Translations under genes and position numbers: made by a program
The notes under the pieces: model-generated
Seen by the model: the letters and a program-made list of their open reading frames with translations, nothing else
Databases searched by the model: none
Told to the model about the DNA's origin: nothing
In this document: piece by piece, positions 37,497 to 50,626 of the stretch
How the letters are laid out: every line of letters begins with the position of its first letter
Numbering within the stretch: position 1 is the stretch's first letter
Assembly (NCBI GenBank): GCA_036785375.1
Contig: JAWMAR010000086.1
Location: 2,418,001-2,482,000, forward strand
DNA: 64,000 bases
From: Leucoraja ocellata
Lineage: Eukaryota
Direction of reading: 5' to 3'

Positions 37497-39984
37497 CAAG
37501 TAACATGTACTATATGTGATTTACAAAATCTTTCATGGTCCACACATGTTGTTGCCAGATTTTACTCATTTTAATCTCACTTTTATTTCATCCTGACTGA
37601 ATCTGTTTAATGTCAACAATCAAAACACTCACAGTGTTCTTTGAAATAAATAAGCCATTCACAATTTCTCCGAGTTCATACACTTTTTAACTCTAAACAA
37701 GATGAAACAATACATTCTTCACAAAGCATGATTTTCTTTTATACTCCATTGAAGTATTTACTTCAAATTTTCCACATTTTTGAGCCTTTACCTTTTAACC
37801 TTGCAGGAGTTGGAACTTCAGTGCACTCTGAGCGCCTGCTGATGACATCATTCCCAGCATGCCCTCTGTGTGTCAATAGACATCGGAGAGTCCCTTCTTC
37901 TTCCAGGGCTTCTGCGCTTTTTCTAATGGGCTTTGAAAGAAACTGGAAATTGAAGCAAGAAAGATTTCTTTATCTAGTGGGCCTGGTGCTAATTGAAAAG
38001 CAGAGTGATGGCTATTTTCTGTTAGGAGAGCTAGACAAGGGCACGAGTAAGGAAAAAGGGCTAAATTAAAAGAATTTCATGAAGGAGAAGTGAATTTTTG
38101 TAGAAGCATAAAGCAGTGAGGATGAATGATTATTTTTGAGTGCTCTGAAAATGCTTCCTGATCGTTCAGTCTAACTGCTGTAGGTTGCAAATCACTGCTG
38201 AAAGTCAACTCTACTGGTTTCAGTAGAACTTCAGAAGAGGGAATTAAATTATTGTACATGCGTTTTTAATGCCAACCATTGGACATGAATATCTCTCACA
38301 AATGCCTGCAAGACTTTTTCTCATTGTGAATTGATTAGACAAGTGATACCTCTGGGCAACAGTAACAGAACTTGTGCTTTCCCCAATGGCACAGAACAAG
38401 AACACCGCAACAGTTTTCTTCATAAATATTTATTTTGGATCGTTTTTGAACTATACAGAAACTTGGAAATTGAGTAAACAAACCTCATAATTGCATTACA
38501 TCATTTTCATTTGTTTAAATAAATTTTAATTGCCAAATGCTTTTTAAGTTGGCAAATTCCATCACACTCTGTATTTTCTTGGCATTGATGAATGCCAGAA
38601 TACACAGAAGCAAATTGTGCAACTCATTTATTCATTCTAAACATTTACATAATAGCATTGAGGCAGGCATGCTCTGCTCACCAGTAGCTGGCTGTGGTAA
38701 AATTATTGGGGTATAAGAGAAGCTAGCACAGGCGAAGGGAGAGGAGAAGGTTGGTAGGTTGGAGCAATGTTTCAATGGCATGGGTTTAAGGGGATTGCTT
38801 TGCCAGCTTTTCCCTAAAATCTCCAGAAAGAGTTGTTAACTGTGACCAGTAACCCTTAGTGTTTGTGACTAATCAGCCAAACTCCCTGCTGCAGAATGTG
38901 GAATAATGGAATCATTTTTTATTGCCTCCCCCGAGATACTGGACAGGTTAACAAATAACAGTTTTAAAGAGGGAATATACACACAGTATTTGGATGTAGG
39001 ATAACATAATGTAACAATAATGATGATCCATCCCTCCCCATGTTAGGGAAGAATTAAATTATAAACAATATTTATATCACTATGCTGGAAAGACTTTTAT
39101 TTGTGAAGGTGGCTTCTGCTCAAAAGATGGAAAGTACCAAGTATACTTTGAATGAAAGGGTGATGGCCACTGAATTAACTGACTGTTGTTTTGTATTCAA
39201 TCCTAGGATCAAGCATTTCAGGTTTAACATTTGAGTCGCTTTGAGGAATGAAGCATTTTGCTTGATGCTTTGCTAACCATGTTATGCTGCAATCATTGAA
39301 CCTGCTGTGGCTGTAATTTCAAAAGTCTTCATGCTTTGTGGAGTTTCTTCATGCCTATGGCAGGAAGTTCAATATCATGTGCTTCCCTGCATCAGCTTTC
39401 AGGGAGTTTCTCTTGGCTGAAATGTTGATTACCCATCTCAGAGGTATCTCTGTAAGATATCTACTTACATGTTGGGCAAACATTTGTGTAGCTGGGAGGT
39501 TATTTTGCCATTGAACGTACTATTGCTCTGTAGTTCTGCAAAAATTCAGTATGAGCAATCCAGATGAATCTTTCTACTTCACCTTTGGCCCATGGCCAGT
39601 GAGGAGTAATCCTGCAATGTGTGCGATCTCAATTAATGGTTCAATGGTTCTATATTATCACATGTACAGGAGTGTAGTGAAATTCTTTTTTTTTTTGCAT
39701 ACATTTCAGCAAAGTATTGCCATATCTGTGTTTTGCAAACTTCCTCAGGTCACCCTGAATCAGTTATGCTTCTCCTATATTTGCTCAAATATACAATCGA
39801 GTATTGGAACAGTTGTTTTCATCAAAGTAGAACTGACTACTTTTTAAAAACAGGGAATGCATCATGGTCAGCAATAATCATGAGCAACTTATCAGCAGAA
39901 TATAGGTTTGCAAAATCAGTTCTCTAGTTATTCCATGTCGCTTTGAGGAAATTCAATACTGTTAATTGACATTGTGGCAGTTTA

Positions 39985-41035
39985 TAGCAAAGTTACAACA
40001 TTTTGAGATTTTAAAAATCAAGTCTGTAATTTATCCCATCAGATAAAGCATAAAAATAAGTTTATTTTGTCACATTATTCACTTTCATATCTTCAGTATT
40101 AAAGAAGTTATGGCCATTTTCATACTCGGAAAGTAGCATCTTGTTCCCTATTGCTTTTCCATTGACTTAACACAAAAGCTGTGATCGAGGACAGTCAAAT
40201 GGCCATAACTTTCTTAAAAATTAAGAGAACTAAAATACATTTTCAGTTATTGTAGATTGAAGCATTCTGAAATAAAAATGAAACAATCTTACTTAGATGA
40301 CTTGAAATTAAAGCATATAATTAGTTAGTTACCTAATTGTAGCTAATTACAAAATTCAATTACTAGATCTAAACATCTATCAATTTCGTAAGAATAGATT
40401 AACATTTTTAAATAGCCCAAGTGTCCAAATAACATTCACAAAAGAATTCACAATATAACATAATTTTAAAATCTCATTGTCATAGATTTATAGGCCAAAT
40501 GGAAGGAAATTAATGTTTAATACCTGTAAATTAATGGCCATTTAAATCATCTTGCAAGTGGGTTTTCCTGGAGCGCGATCATTTGGAACGTTGTGGTATG
40601 CAGTGATTTAGACCCCCATATTGGCATGCCGGTTCGTATGGGGACTAAATCACAGTTTCACAACTTAAAACGTGAACTAAAGGCATCTTAAGGACCACTT
40701 TTATACATAAAAATAAACAACTTTCTTTTACGTCACCTACATGAAATCCGTCCCCGTTGTCAGCGTTGACGGCTTTAGAAGCAGATTTTAAAATGACTCC
40801 AGCGCTGAACTAGTCGGGCGATTAAAAAAAAATACGCAGAACGGCCGTCGGAATGATTCTTCAGCAAAAGCTTGCACTCCAACCAAATATATTCCAGGAC
40901 AAGGTAGGAAAAAAAACACGTTTTAACCCCGCCCCCCCCCCCCTCCCCCCTCAAAGGCGCCAAAAATGCGCACACGGCCAGTGGCAGAACTGCAGCGCTG
41001 CTGAAGGTCTGAAGGTAAATATTGTAACATACCTA
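39985..41035. mobile_element. Putative non-autonomous DNA transposon, about 1.05 kb
   Basis: Imperfect terminal inverted repeats tagcaaagttacaacattt / aaatattgtaacataccta; AT-rich left half and CpG-rich right half; no ORF. Confidence 0.55.
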
Positions 41036-42164
41036 CTGTTTGTTATGATAAACATTTTTTGATTTTGTATTCAGCCATGAAACAATTCCTGCAAACATCT
41101 TTTCTTTCTTAATATTTGATTAATTTTTGATTCCTTGATCGCCATCATAAGCAATGACTATAACATGTTACTTAACTGACTGGGATGATTTTACTCATAA
41201 CACACGATTCAAGATCGGTGCAATAATAATTTCAATAGAAACTTTGTATAAATGCCTCATCATTTAGGTAATGTTCCTATCCAGCAACTATAAGTGCAAT
41301 CTGTCTGTAATTAAGAAAGATTGAAAACAAAGTGAAGTTGATTACATATATGATTTAAGTAGGAGAGAGATGGGATGCATGACAATGAAATCTGGGACTG
41401 AAGGTTTCCAGAGCCAATTGGCTTCAAAGGAAAATAATTTGGACAATATATTATTTAGAAACTAGTAATTTTTATGAGTAATATATTAAGTATATGTTTA
41501 ATCAGAGGATTCTGTGCTGGCAGCAGGGTTGTAGCCACAGGGTAGGGAAAGCTAGAGAAGCAGAGACCCAGGTTATTCTGTGGTGCCTCCTGCCCTTGTG
41601 CCAGGCCTCATCAGTTACAATTACAATGACCTTGGTCAGAGACGATATGGCATAGGCTTCTGTACAAATTTTAGGACCAGGGTTCAAGTCAACCTTTGGC
41701 CTTTTAATAGTTATCCTTGGGAGATGTGAAGGGCAGGTGAGTGGAATGTTAATAGAATGTGAGATGGGAAAATGAGATATATCAGTCACTAAAATACAAA
41801 CAAATATTAAGTTGCATGTCGTCAAACAACATTTTTGGTGTGATGCAACTATATTTACCATATATTGTAGCTCATCGCTGTAACATAGGATTAACCTGGG
41901 ACAGAAAGTGATATGCAACAGGAAGAGATATGGGCAGCAATGGGAATGTAAGAGCTGAGAGTGAGAATGAGAGGTGAAGAGAAAGGGAACTAAAGGTGAT
42001 AATAATAGGAAGCATGATAGAGAGAGATGGAAGCAAGCTGTATGCCAAAGGTTTATGGCCTACTAATTTACACGCATCGAAATCTGGCCTTCAGCAATTC
42101 ATTTATGTAGAAGTAAGGTTCTGTCTCCTTGCAGCCAATAGCAAATGTAAATGAAAGAAATTTG

Positions 42165-42730
42165 CTGGAATTCTTTGAATAAGTAAATAGCAGGATAGAC
42201 AAAGGAGAGTCAGTATACCTAGTCACATACCTAGATTTTCAGTAAGCTTTTGATAAGGTGCCACACGGGAGGCTGCTAAGGAAGATGGGAACCCACAGTA
42301 TCAAAGAGTAGATACTAGCATGGATATCAGGTTGGCTGGATGGCAGAAGACAAAGAGTGGCAATGAAGGGGGCTTTTTCTGGTTGGCTGCCAGTGACTAG
42401 TGGAGTTTCACAGGGTTCGGAGCTGGGGCCGTTGCTCTACGTATTGTATATTAATGATTTGGATGAGGGGATTGAAGGCTTTGTGGCAAAGTTTGCGGAT
42501 GATACAAAAATAGGTGGAGGGGCAGGTAGTGTAGGGAAAGAGAGACTCTGCAGAAGAACTTGGATACGTTTGTAGAGTGGGTAGAGAAGTGCAGATGGAA
42601 TATAGCGTAGCAAAGTGCGGAGTCTTGCATTTTGGTAGTAGGCATAGATTATTTTCTAAATGGGGAGAGAATCCAGAAATCGGATGAGCAAAGGGACATG
42701 GGAGTGCTGGTGCAGGATTCTCAAAATCAC
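42165..42730 (+). mobile_element. CR1 RT fragment
   Basis: ORF 42357..42575 (VTSGVSQGSELGPLL...YINDLD...KFADDTKIGG). Confidence 0.88.
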
Positions 42731-44449
42731 ATGATCCTATCACTTATGACCCTATAATTTTATGAATTAAACGTTTGTGGAACTTATGCCAAGGTTAATT
42801 GAAATCCATCAATACCTAACCTGCAATGAGTTTATGATGAATTTAAAGAGCTATGCTGAACCTGTGGATGGAAGGGAAGGAATGGTGAGAAGCGTGAGCT
42901 GCAGAATTGAAGAACATTGCTGGGGGTTCCAGTGAGCTGGTGGTGTGCTCAATGACTATGGCAACAAGGTGTTAGTCACCACTAAACCTCCCTTCAGTTC
43001 AGCTCAGGGTCTTCTCCACAATAGGCCCAAGGTTGCATCGTTTTACCCCTGCAGTGTGTCACTATGTATTCTGCTCAAAAGCCAGGGTCAGCCTGATCCT
43101 GAGCTGATTGCCATGCACCCAACTGCATCTCTGGTGTGTACCCAGGGATTGGGTTGGACATTGGAGCTCAAGGTAGACAGATGGGCCGGTCAGGGAAGAA
43201 AATCAGGAAACAACAGGTTGAACAGTGATGCAGTGGGTTCACCAGAGTGCCTTGTGCTCGGGGTTCATGACGTGGTTGAATGTGGAGTGGAAGAAAGGAT
43301 GAACTTATTGCCTCTCCTGATAGGTGTCCCATTCTAGCACTGCGCTGGGAAGGCTGGGCTGCCTCAACCTGGCAGACATTCATAGCATGAAGTTCACAAA
43401 AGGAAACTGCATAGAATGGAATGTAAAACTGTTTCTCCCCAGCAGGGAAATTGCTTCAGAAGTGTGAGGGCAACTCATGTCTCAAAGTACCCAGTCCGAT
43501 TTCCAGGGTAATGTGAAGTGGTCATGATCATGTTTCGCTCTGAGAAAGAAAGACTTTCAACTGCACAATACCGAAGAACATAACATTATATAAAATAAAT
43601 TCTTGGCAATGGCGACAAATCAACATTGCACACTGATCCTTCTTGGCTGATCCTTGTGTGATCCTTATTCACACGGCGCATTTAATGCTATTTCAGAAGC
43701 AATTCTGCACCGATGGTGCTGAACAAGTAACATACAGACAAAAAATCCCTTAAACAGATGCCACAATAAACAAAGCAAATAAACTAAAGGCCTCTCCATA
43801 AGGACATAAAAAGGTTTTGAGTGGTCATTCCACCTCCCCTGTGTGGAGCTCACATTCCTCTTCTTTGTGGAACTAACAATTGTGTGAAGCATTACAAGGA
43901 GGACTGAATATAAAACGGTAAATTGTCCCTTTGCACATTCCGAAAATTCACAATAAAATAAAGGAGCTTGGATGTTTTTCTCAACGGTAGGTCTATCTCA
44001 ATCTTGGGGATTTAAATTTGAACAATATTCAAATGTTCTGCAAAACAACCCTTGTCCTCAGAGGAGATTCGGCACGGTTTGGAGTCATCTTCAATATTGC
44101 ACTCATTTCACAACATCTGGGCTGTTTCAGAACAAATGTAATTTCCTACTACTGAGTGCTTCATTTTACAAAGCAGAAACAAGGTCTCTAAATCCTTAGT
44201 ACATTTAGCATTTTTTGTTGTGCTTAAAATGATTTCCTTCCCTGGAGTGCAGCTTTCATTGTTGCTGTGACTGTAAGAATTTTTTTGAAAACATTTTCTC
44301 TCTTGAACTGTTAATCTTGATCAATAAACTCTTCCCTATTCCTGCCAATCTCACCCAGATAGGAACAATAACAAATCATATCATCAACCTAACCAAGATA
44401 GACATTCATATTTAACATCCTCAGCATGCAGACTAGGTCTAATATATGT

Positions 44450-44590
44450 GTGGATACGTGGATAGGAATGGTTCAGAAGGATATGGGCCAAAAACAGGCT
44501 GGTGGGACTAGTGTAGATGGGTATCTTGGTCGGCATGGGCAAGTTGGCCATTGGGCTTGTTTCTGTGCTGTGAGACCCAGTGACTATGTA
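44450..44590 (+). mobile_element. CR1/HER1 3' tail fragment
   Basis: ggatatgggcc...cttggtcggcatgggcaagttgg...tgtttctgtgctgt; a reverse-strand relative lies at 62395-62500. Confidence 0.7.
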
Positions 44591-45119
44591 TCTGGAGAGG
44601 AGGAGGAGGAGGAGGAAAATCAATGGCTCTTCACCAAGTCTCATACTTATGTCAACGGATTATGGTGAATTACTTTGTAGTCCTTACAAAATTATATTTG
44701 AACAGTTGTTCAAATAGAAGTAGATGGTATTTAATGGTGAAAAGCCCCATCTTTTGCTGCCTGGTGCTGAGAGATATCACATCAATTATATCTCCATTTC
44801 CTGCTGCACCTGTCTCCAATTTGTCTCAGGACTCTTGCTCATTTATTCAGTTACAATTATCTTGTCCTGTCAACCATCAATCTTCATTCACACTGGTGCA
44901 TATTCAGTTCGGCACTATTCAGTTTCTCTTACAGTCATCTATGGATTTTACTTTTTTAACATAAAACCAGATTCCAGTTTAATTTAACATATATTGCCTT
45001 ATCATTGGTTTAAAAGTTTGCGTATTTCAGCAGAATTCCAGAATTGATCACACAATCCAAACTGACATCAGTGCTATGCTGAGCAAGTCCGACAGTCCCC
45101 ATCTTTCAGATGAGGTTAT

Positions 45120-45700
45120 CGTGTGATTCAGCATAGATACAGACCCTTCGGCCCAATCTAAGCTCATACTGATAACCGTGTACCTGTCTATACTCACCCA
45201 ATTTATCAATACCTGTTCTACAGCCTACTATGCCTCAGCAATTCAACTGCTCCTCCAGATGCTTCTGAAATGTTGCTTGACTTACATGTCCCCACCACCA
45301 TCTCAGGCAGTGCATTCAAAACTTTAGCCATCCTCTGTATAACCATTCTCCCTCAGATTGCAGCTAAACCTCTTCTCAATTTATGCCACAGCCTCTGGGC
45401 ATTTCTCCCTCTGTTGTGGAAAAAATATTCTTACCATCTACCCTATCCATGCCTCTTCTGGGCAAAGCCATGGTTATTTCCTCATAAGGGCAACATTTCG
45501 TCTCAGGCAACATCCTGGTGAATCTGCTTTGCATCCTCTCGACTCAGATCCTTCCCCTAGTGTGAGAACTGTATAGATTAATCTAGCTGTGACTTGGCCA
45601 ATAAAGTTGGACCAAGACCTCTCTGATCTTTCATTCTGTATTCCAGCTAAGGAAGGCCAGAATCCCAACAGCCTTTGATTCTACCCTATCTTCCTGCAAT
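45120..45700 (-). mobile_element. Old CR1 3' fragment
   Basis: acagacccttcggccc, ccaccaccatctcaggcagtgcattc and ggcaacatcctggtgaatct blocks. Confidence 0.6.
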
Positions 45701-47105
45701 GCTATCTTCATTCGTTCTTCAATACACTGCTGGGTACACATCAGTCATAGTATATGTCCTATGAATATATGTAGTATATATCCTACCCTTATTTGACACT
45801 TCAAAATATATAATTTCAAAGTTACCAGAATCAAATGCTCTACCCAGCTTCCCAGTTGAGAAAGATCAAAGTCAAGGTTAATTTTATTTGTCACAGTCGC
45901 AGTTTTAAGTGTATCGCTGCTGGCAGGCAGCTGACTCGCAGCACCCCCACCGAACCACAGCAATATCATTTGTAACCCGAGACCACCTTCCTCACTATCA
46001 ACAGCAAACCAAGACCACTCTATCCTACTTTGCTGATAATATCGTTCATTAACTAACATACAGGGATACTTTAAGAAAAGCAGGAATTTCTACCCTTCTC
46101 CTTGATCTTCTTTCTCTCCAAGACCGTACAACCAAGAGTGATTCATTGATCATTTATCTTCTTGTAAAATCGTTGTTTGCAAAGGGCTGAAATGAAGATA
46201 ACAATAGCCACTGAGCTTCAACATGGTTCATTGTGAGCACAGTGTAGTGGTAGTGGTTGTTCCTGACAAATGGCAGATTTTGAAGCCAGTGGTGAGTGCA
46301 GACAGCTCATGTTGCACTTTGATATTAAAAATATGAACTTGAATGAGGCGAGGTCCCAGTGGGAAATTGCAGTGCAAAGCTGTTCAGATCCTTTGCGTGA
46401 GACTCTACATGCAGCGAGGATCCAAAGAAGTGAGAGAAACCATCCCACCAGCACCAGTCTCTGCCCACAAAGAAAAGAAAAAATCTGACAGTCAGCTGCA
46501 TCTTGACCTAAAACATAACTGGAACCGTCCAAAGCCGATGGAATGTAGTTCAAAGGCAATAAGAAAGCTTTAAAACTTTAAACATTAAATCGACAAACCT
46601 AAACACTTTAATGCAATCACATTTGAACAGTCACTTAACTCAAAGACTTAAAAAAAAGGATCTAAAACTTACGTCAGTATCTTGAGGAAGTTCAGTCAAT
46701 TGCATCAATTGGGAGCTCTCACCTAGTACAGGATCTTCTGTCGGGAGGTCAGAACCTCAATGCTCTCCAGCATCATGGGGTTGTCTCCTGCTCAGCAGCA
46801 AGTCACTGACAGTAACTTTTGGATGTGTGTCCTTACATGGAAATCTAAAGCCGCTCCTAGTTCAAGGTTAGGCTAGAGCCTGATATTAAAGATGTCCAAT
46901 TTTGCCATCTTTATCAAAGTCTTAAGTCGCTAAATAAATACAACTCTTTTTCTTTCCGGTAATGCTGAACATCAAATATTTTAATATTGATTCCATTATT
47001 TTACTGCCGGAGTGTCTTCATTTCTCATACAGTCCATTCATGGGGTAAATAAAGGTTCACAAATTCAGCATGGTGAAGCAGTTTAATGATTTAACTGATA
47101 AATCT

Positions 47106-47111
47106 TTTATT
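47106..47111 (-). promoter_or_regulatory. Candidate polyadenylation signal (AATAAA)
   Basis: Ends a repeat-free, U-rich minus-strand tract with TGTA motifs (tgtataaatttgtacaata) that looks like a 3' UTR. Confidence 0.35.
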
Positions 47112-49381
47112 CTGAATATATTTGCACAAGAATAAAGTAACACAACATTTCTAAGATTATAAACTTTTTTTTTTTTAAAGAGTATTGTACAAATTTATAC
47201 AAAATTTCTTTCAGGCTTGTCAGGTTCCACATAACGTTCAGAAAGCACAAGAAGACCATAAATAAAACAATCCATTGAAGCAGGATCTGGACACTCTGCA
47301 CTATGGTCAATAACAGCACAATTCCCTTCATTCACATTGTAAGACAGCTTTGCAACTTGCAACCCAGTAAGGCTACAGGGCTAGATGATTATTTATTTTA
47401 AAAAAGCTATTTAAACCTCATATAAACACACACACATGGCAGCATTGCTCTTCACCAATTCATCTAAGCATAAGCTTTAAAGAAAAATCAACATCAAATT
47501 GTACATGTAAAAGGGTCTTCAAAGTTTCACAGTTCCAGCACAACTAAAACTGCTTCATTGAAAATGTGTTCAAAACCAATCCATCTACTCACTGGCTATA
47601 CTTTATGTGGATGCAACAATTCTGTTTAATTTCTCTCAATTAATCTGAAATAATGACTTTTAAATGTGTATTTTCCCATTCATAGTTCTAGTGATATAAT
47701 CTTAATATTTTGAATTAATATTTTACTTATGAAACATTATGTTTCTTGCTTCGTTTTTCACATAAGAGCAAAGGGAGATAAAGGGTATTTGGTGTCATTG
47801 CCAAATTTGCTAAGTTTTAGCCACCAATTGAAGAGTGCAGTGCAATTCTTGATTCTATTTTACAAGTGGACTGAACTAGCCCTTGAGCTAATATAAACTT
47901 TAACAAGCTGACCAAGGCCCATTTATATTGGGATGCACTAAACAGAATAATTTTATTAAATATGAATTTTCAGTTCAAAAGACATAATCGAGCCAAACCC
48001 TACCTGTGTTTATTGGAAGAGTACACAAATATTAATACTGTGTAAATATGCCATTTTCTTAATAATTAACAGTTTGGAATTCCTGGGTGGGTTCAAGAGG
48101 TTTCAGGAGGACTCTAATCATGCAAATATTTAAAATGTGGAAGTAATCACAGCTGGGAAACTAAGGCCAGTTAACCTGACAAGTTGTGGTTAAATTGTTA
48201 AATCATAAAAAATATGTTTAATTGCATGTTCTCTGAAGAGATTTGAGACAAAAAATGACGCTGCAGATGTTGGAATCTGGAGCAAAAAGCAGACTGGTGA
48301 TGTCTGCAGTTTATTTGGGTCAAGCAGCATCTGTGGAGGCAAAGGACGGTCGCTCTATTGGGTCATGACCTTAGTTTCCTTTTTGTTCACCAGTGGTTGT
48401 TACAAATCCTCAAGATGTCATTCAGGAAAAGGAATCATGTACCATTAATCCTGCCAAATTTGTTGTACAAAATACTATATGATGACATTATCACACGCTT
48501 ACTGAAAACCATGTATTACAAAGTGCCACTTACTTGCCTACAAGATGAATGGCAATGAAGGAAAATTTCTGGAAGAAACATGGAAATTGATGCAGGGGAC
48601 TTCTATAATTGCAGCGTTTCTGTGTTGAAAGCAGTTAGTAGAGGAGTTTACAGCATTTGATGTTAGGAAGGTTGAAAATTATGATTGCTTTCATAATCTG
48701 TAGTAAAGATCTGTATGAAGGCATTTGGAGAAACTAATCACAAGCTTATGGATGGGTGAAACTTTAGGCAAATTCTAAAGCCATGAATATAAACAAAATT
48801 GCTACAGTTAGATCTAATGGTGTTAAAAAATTACGAGGTTGATGCTAAACATGCTAATACCATGCAAAGCCCTGAACTACTCAATAATGTTTCTGTACAT
48901 GTTAATAGCAGGTTCTCTACTGGCTCTGTGAGGCTCAAATAATTACAAATATCCCATTTTTCTTCTTAAATGATCCAACATGAAACAATTTTTTTGATAA
49001 AGCTGAGGGGATTTGCCAAAAAACTTTCAATTTATAAGAAGCTCAATTAAATTTAGGTCCGAAAATAAACTGTGAAAGAAATCTAAATTGTTATGTTTAT
49101 AAAAAATGCCATGTACACTCTTGCCAGGCAGGCAAGAGTGTTCCTCTAACACTGGGAGTGGGAGATACAAGGAATCTTGCTCACCATAGAGACAGCAATC
49201 CTATGTCATCTCTTTTTACTAGTGACACTCATGTAATGGAATTTGATCTACACATAGGACGTTTCTCATTCTAACAGAGAATGTCAAAATTAACTAAATT
49301 CTTTTCAAAGTAAAACAAAAACCAAAGAATAATTCTGCATTGTAGCAGAGTGAAATACATTCTTATCATTGGCAAACTGAC

Positions 49382-49514
49382 GTGTAGAAAAGAACTGCAG
49401 ATGCTGGTTTAAATCAAAGATATACTCAAAATACTGGAGTAACTCAGCGGGACAGGCAGCATCTCTGGAGAGAAGAAATGGGTGACGTTTTGGGTCGAGA
49501 CCCTTCTTCAGACT
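49382..49514 (-). mobile_element. Solo PLE terminal repeat, well preserved
   Basis: gaactgcagatgctgg...ggagtaactcagcgggacaggcagcatctctggag...gacgttttgggtcgagacccttcttcagact; short ctgac flanking repeat. Confidence 0.8.
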
Positions 49515-49964
49515 CTGACTTCATCCTCCTAAAACTACCAACAAATTTGTACTCTCAAATCAGGGAAATTAGACTCAATTTTTAAGCCACAACAAACAAG
49601 AAAATAAAACGTTGCCTTCAGGATTACATGAGTGCTTCATATTCACTTTATGGGAGGAATCGTTGATGAAATAAATGTCCCATGACACTGAGTTACAGAG
49701 TTAAAACCAAATGGAAGAATTAGAATTTATGGATTATAAAACCATCTGTAATTTAAAACTGAAAAACACTTATGGGGGAGCCATATTTGGCAAAGTTAGC
49801 TTGGATGGGAAAATCTAACATGCTGCCACAGTGAAACTAAGTATAATACAAACCCTGAAAATGCCTGGATTTGATTTTCAAATCAGTGGTAATCACATTG
49901 ATCTTGCATTTGCTTTTATGTTGGGGCTTTTTCTTTCATGGGTAATACTAGATTTAAAGAAGGG

Positions 49965-50626
49965 AAGAGGTGGTCGGTGGGGGCGCTGCGAGACGGCTGC
50001 CCTGCCTGCATTGTGTTCGTTATTTCTACATTTTTAACTTGTTTTTAGTGTGTCTCGGTGTGTCTTGTGTGGGGGGTGGTGAGGGAGGGTAAGGGTGGAA
50101 CCGCTTTTTCATGTTGCCTCCCTCGCAGCCTAACCGCATGGATTGGAGTGGCTTTTCGCGGAGTCGGGCCCGTAGTTTCAGCAGTGGACTTTTCATCGCG
50201 GAGTGGCCGAGCCCTTGCCGGGGTCGCCAGAAGGGAGTGCTCCGATTGCTGGCCCACAGACTGTTATATCCTGAAGCTGCGGTCTGCGGAGCTTCTAGCC
50301 GCGGGCGCGGCATGGACTTACCATCCGGAGCTTGGGTCCCCTCGCCGTGGACAGCCTCGGAGTGTGTTCGACCGTCCCGATGAGAGGGCCTGTACATCCG
50401 GTCGCCCAAAGCGGCGACTGCGGAGGTTTATGGCCCCGACCACGGGTGAACAATGGAGGAGGACTGACTGTACTTCCACCACAGTGAAGAATGCCGTGGT
50501 GGATGTTTGTGTTAAATCTTATTGTGTATTGTGTGTTCTCTTTTTTTATTGAAACGCTGCTGGCAAAATCATTTCACTGCACTGATATGTGCATGTGACA
50601 AATAAAACTGATTGATTGATTGATTG
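49965..50626 (+). mobile_element. CpG-rich non-autonomous retroelement with a Rex1-like 3' tail
   Basis: Ends atttcactgcactgatatgtgcatgtgacaaataaa followed by (ttga)n, similar to the Rex1-like tails at 30230-30262 and 31420-31460. Confidence 0.7.

Noticed and set aside
46270-46560. Possible RTE-LINE C-terminal remnant or host exon
   Set aside because: Only vague similarity (…WEIAVQS…); too weak to call
48527-48545. Minus-strand microexon (cttgtag-GCAA-gtaagtg)
   Set aside because: Only 4 nt, frame-shifting, no host gene identified; likely chance
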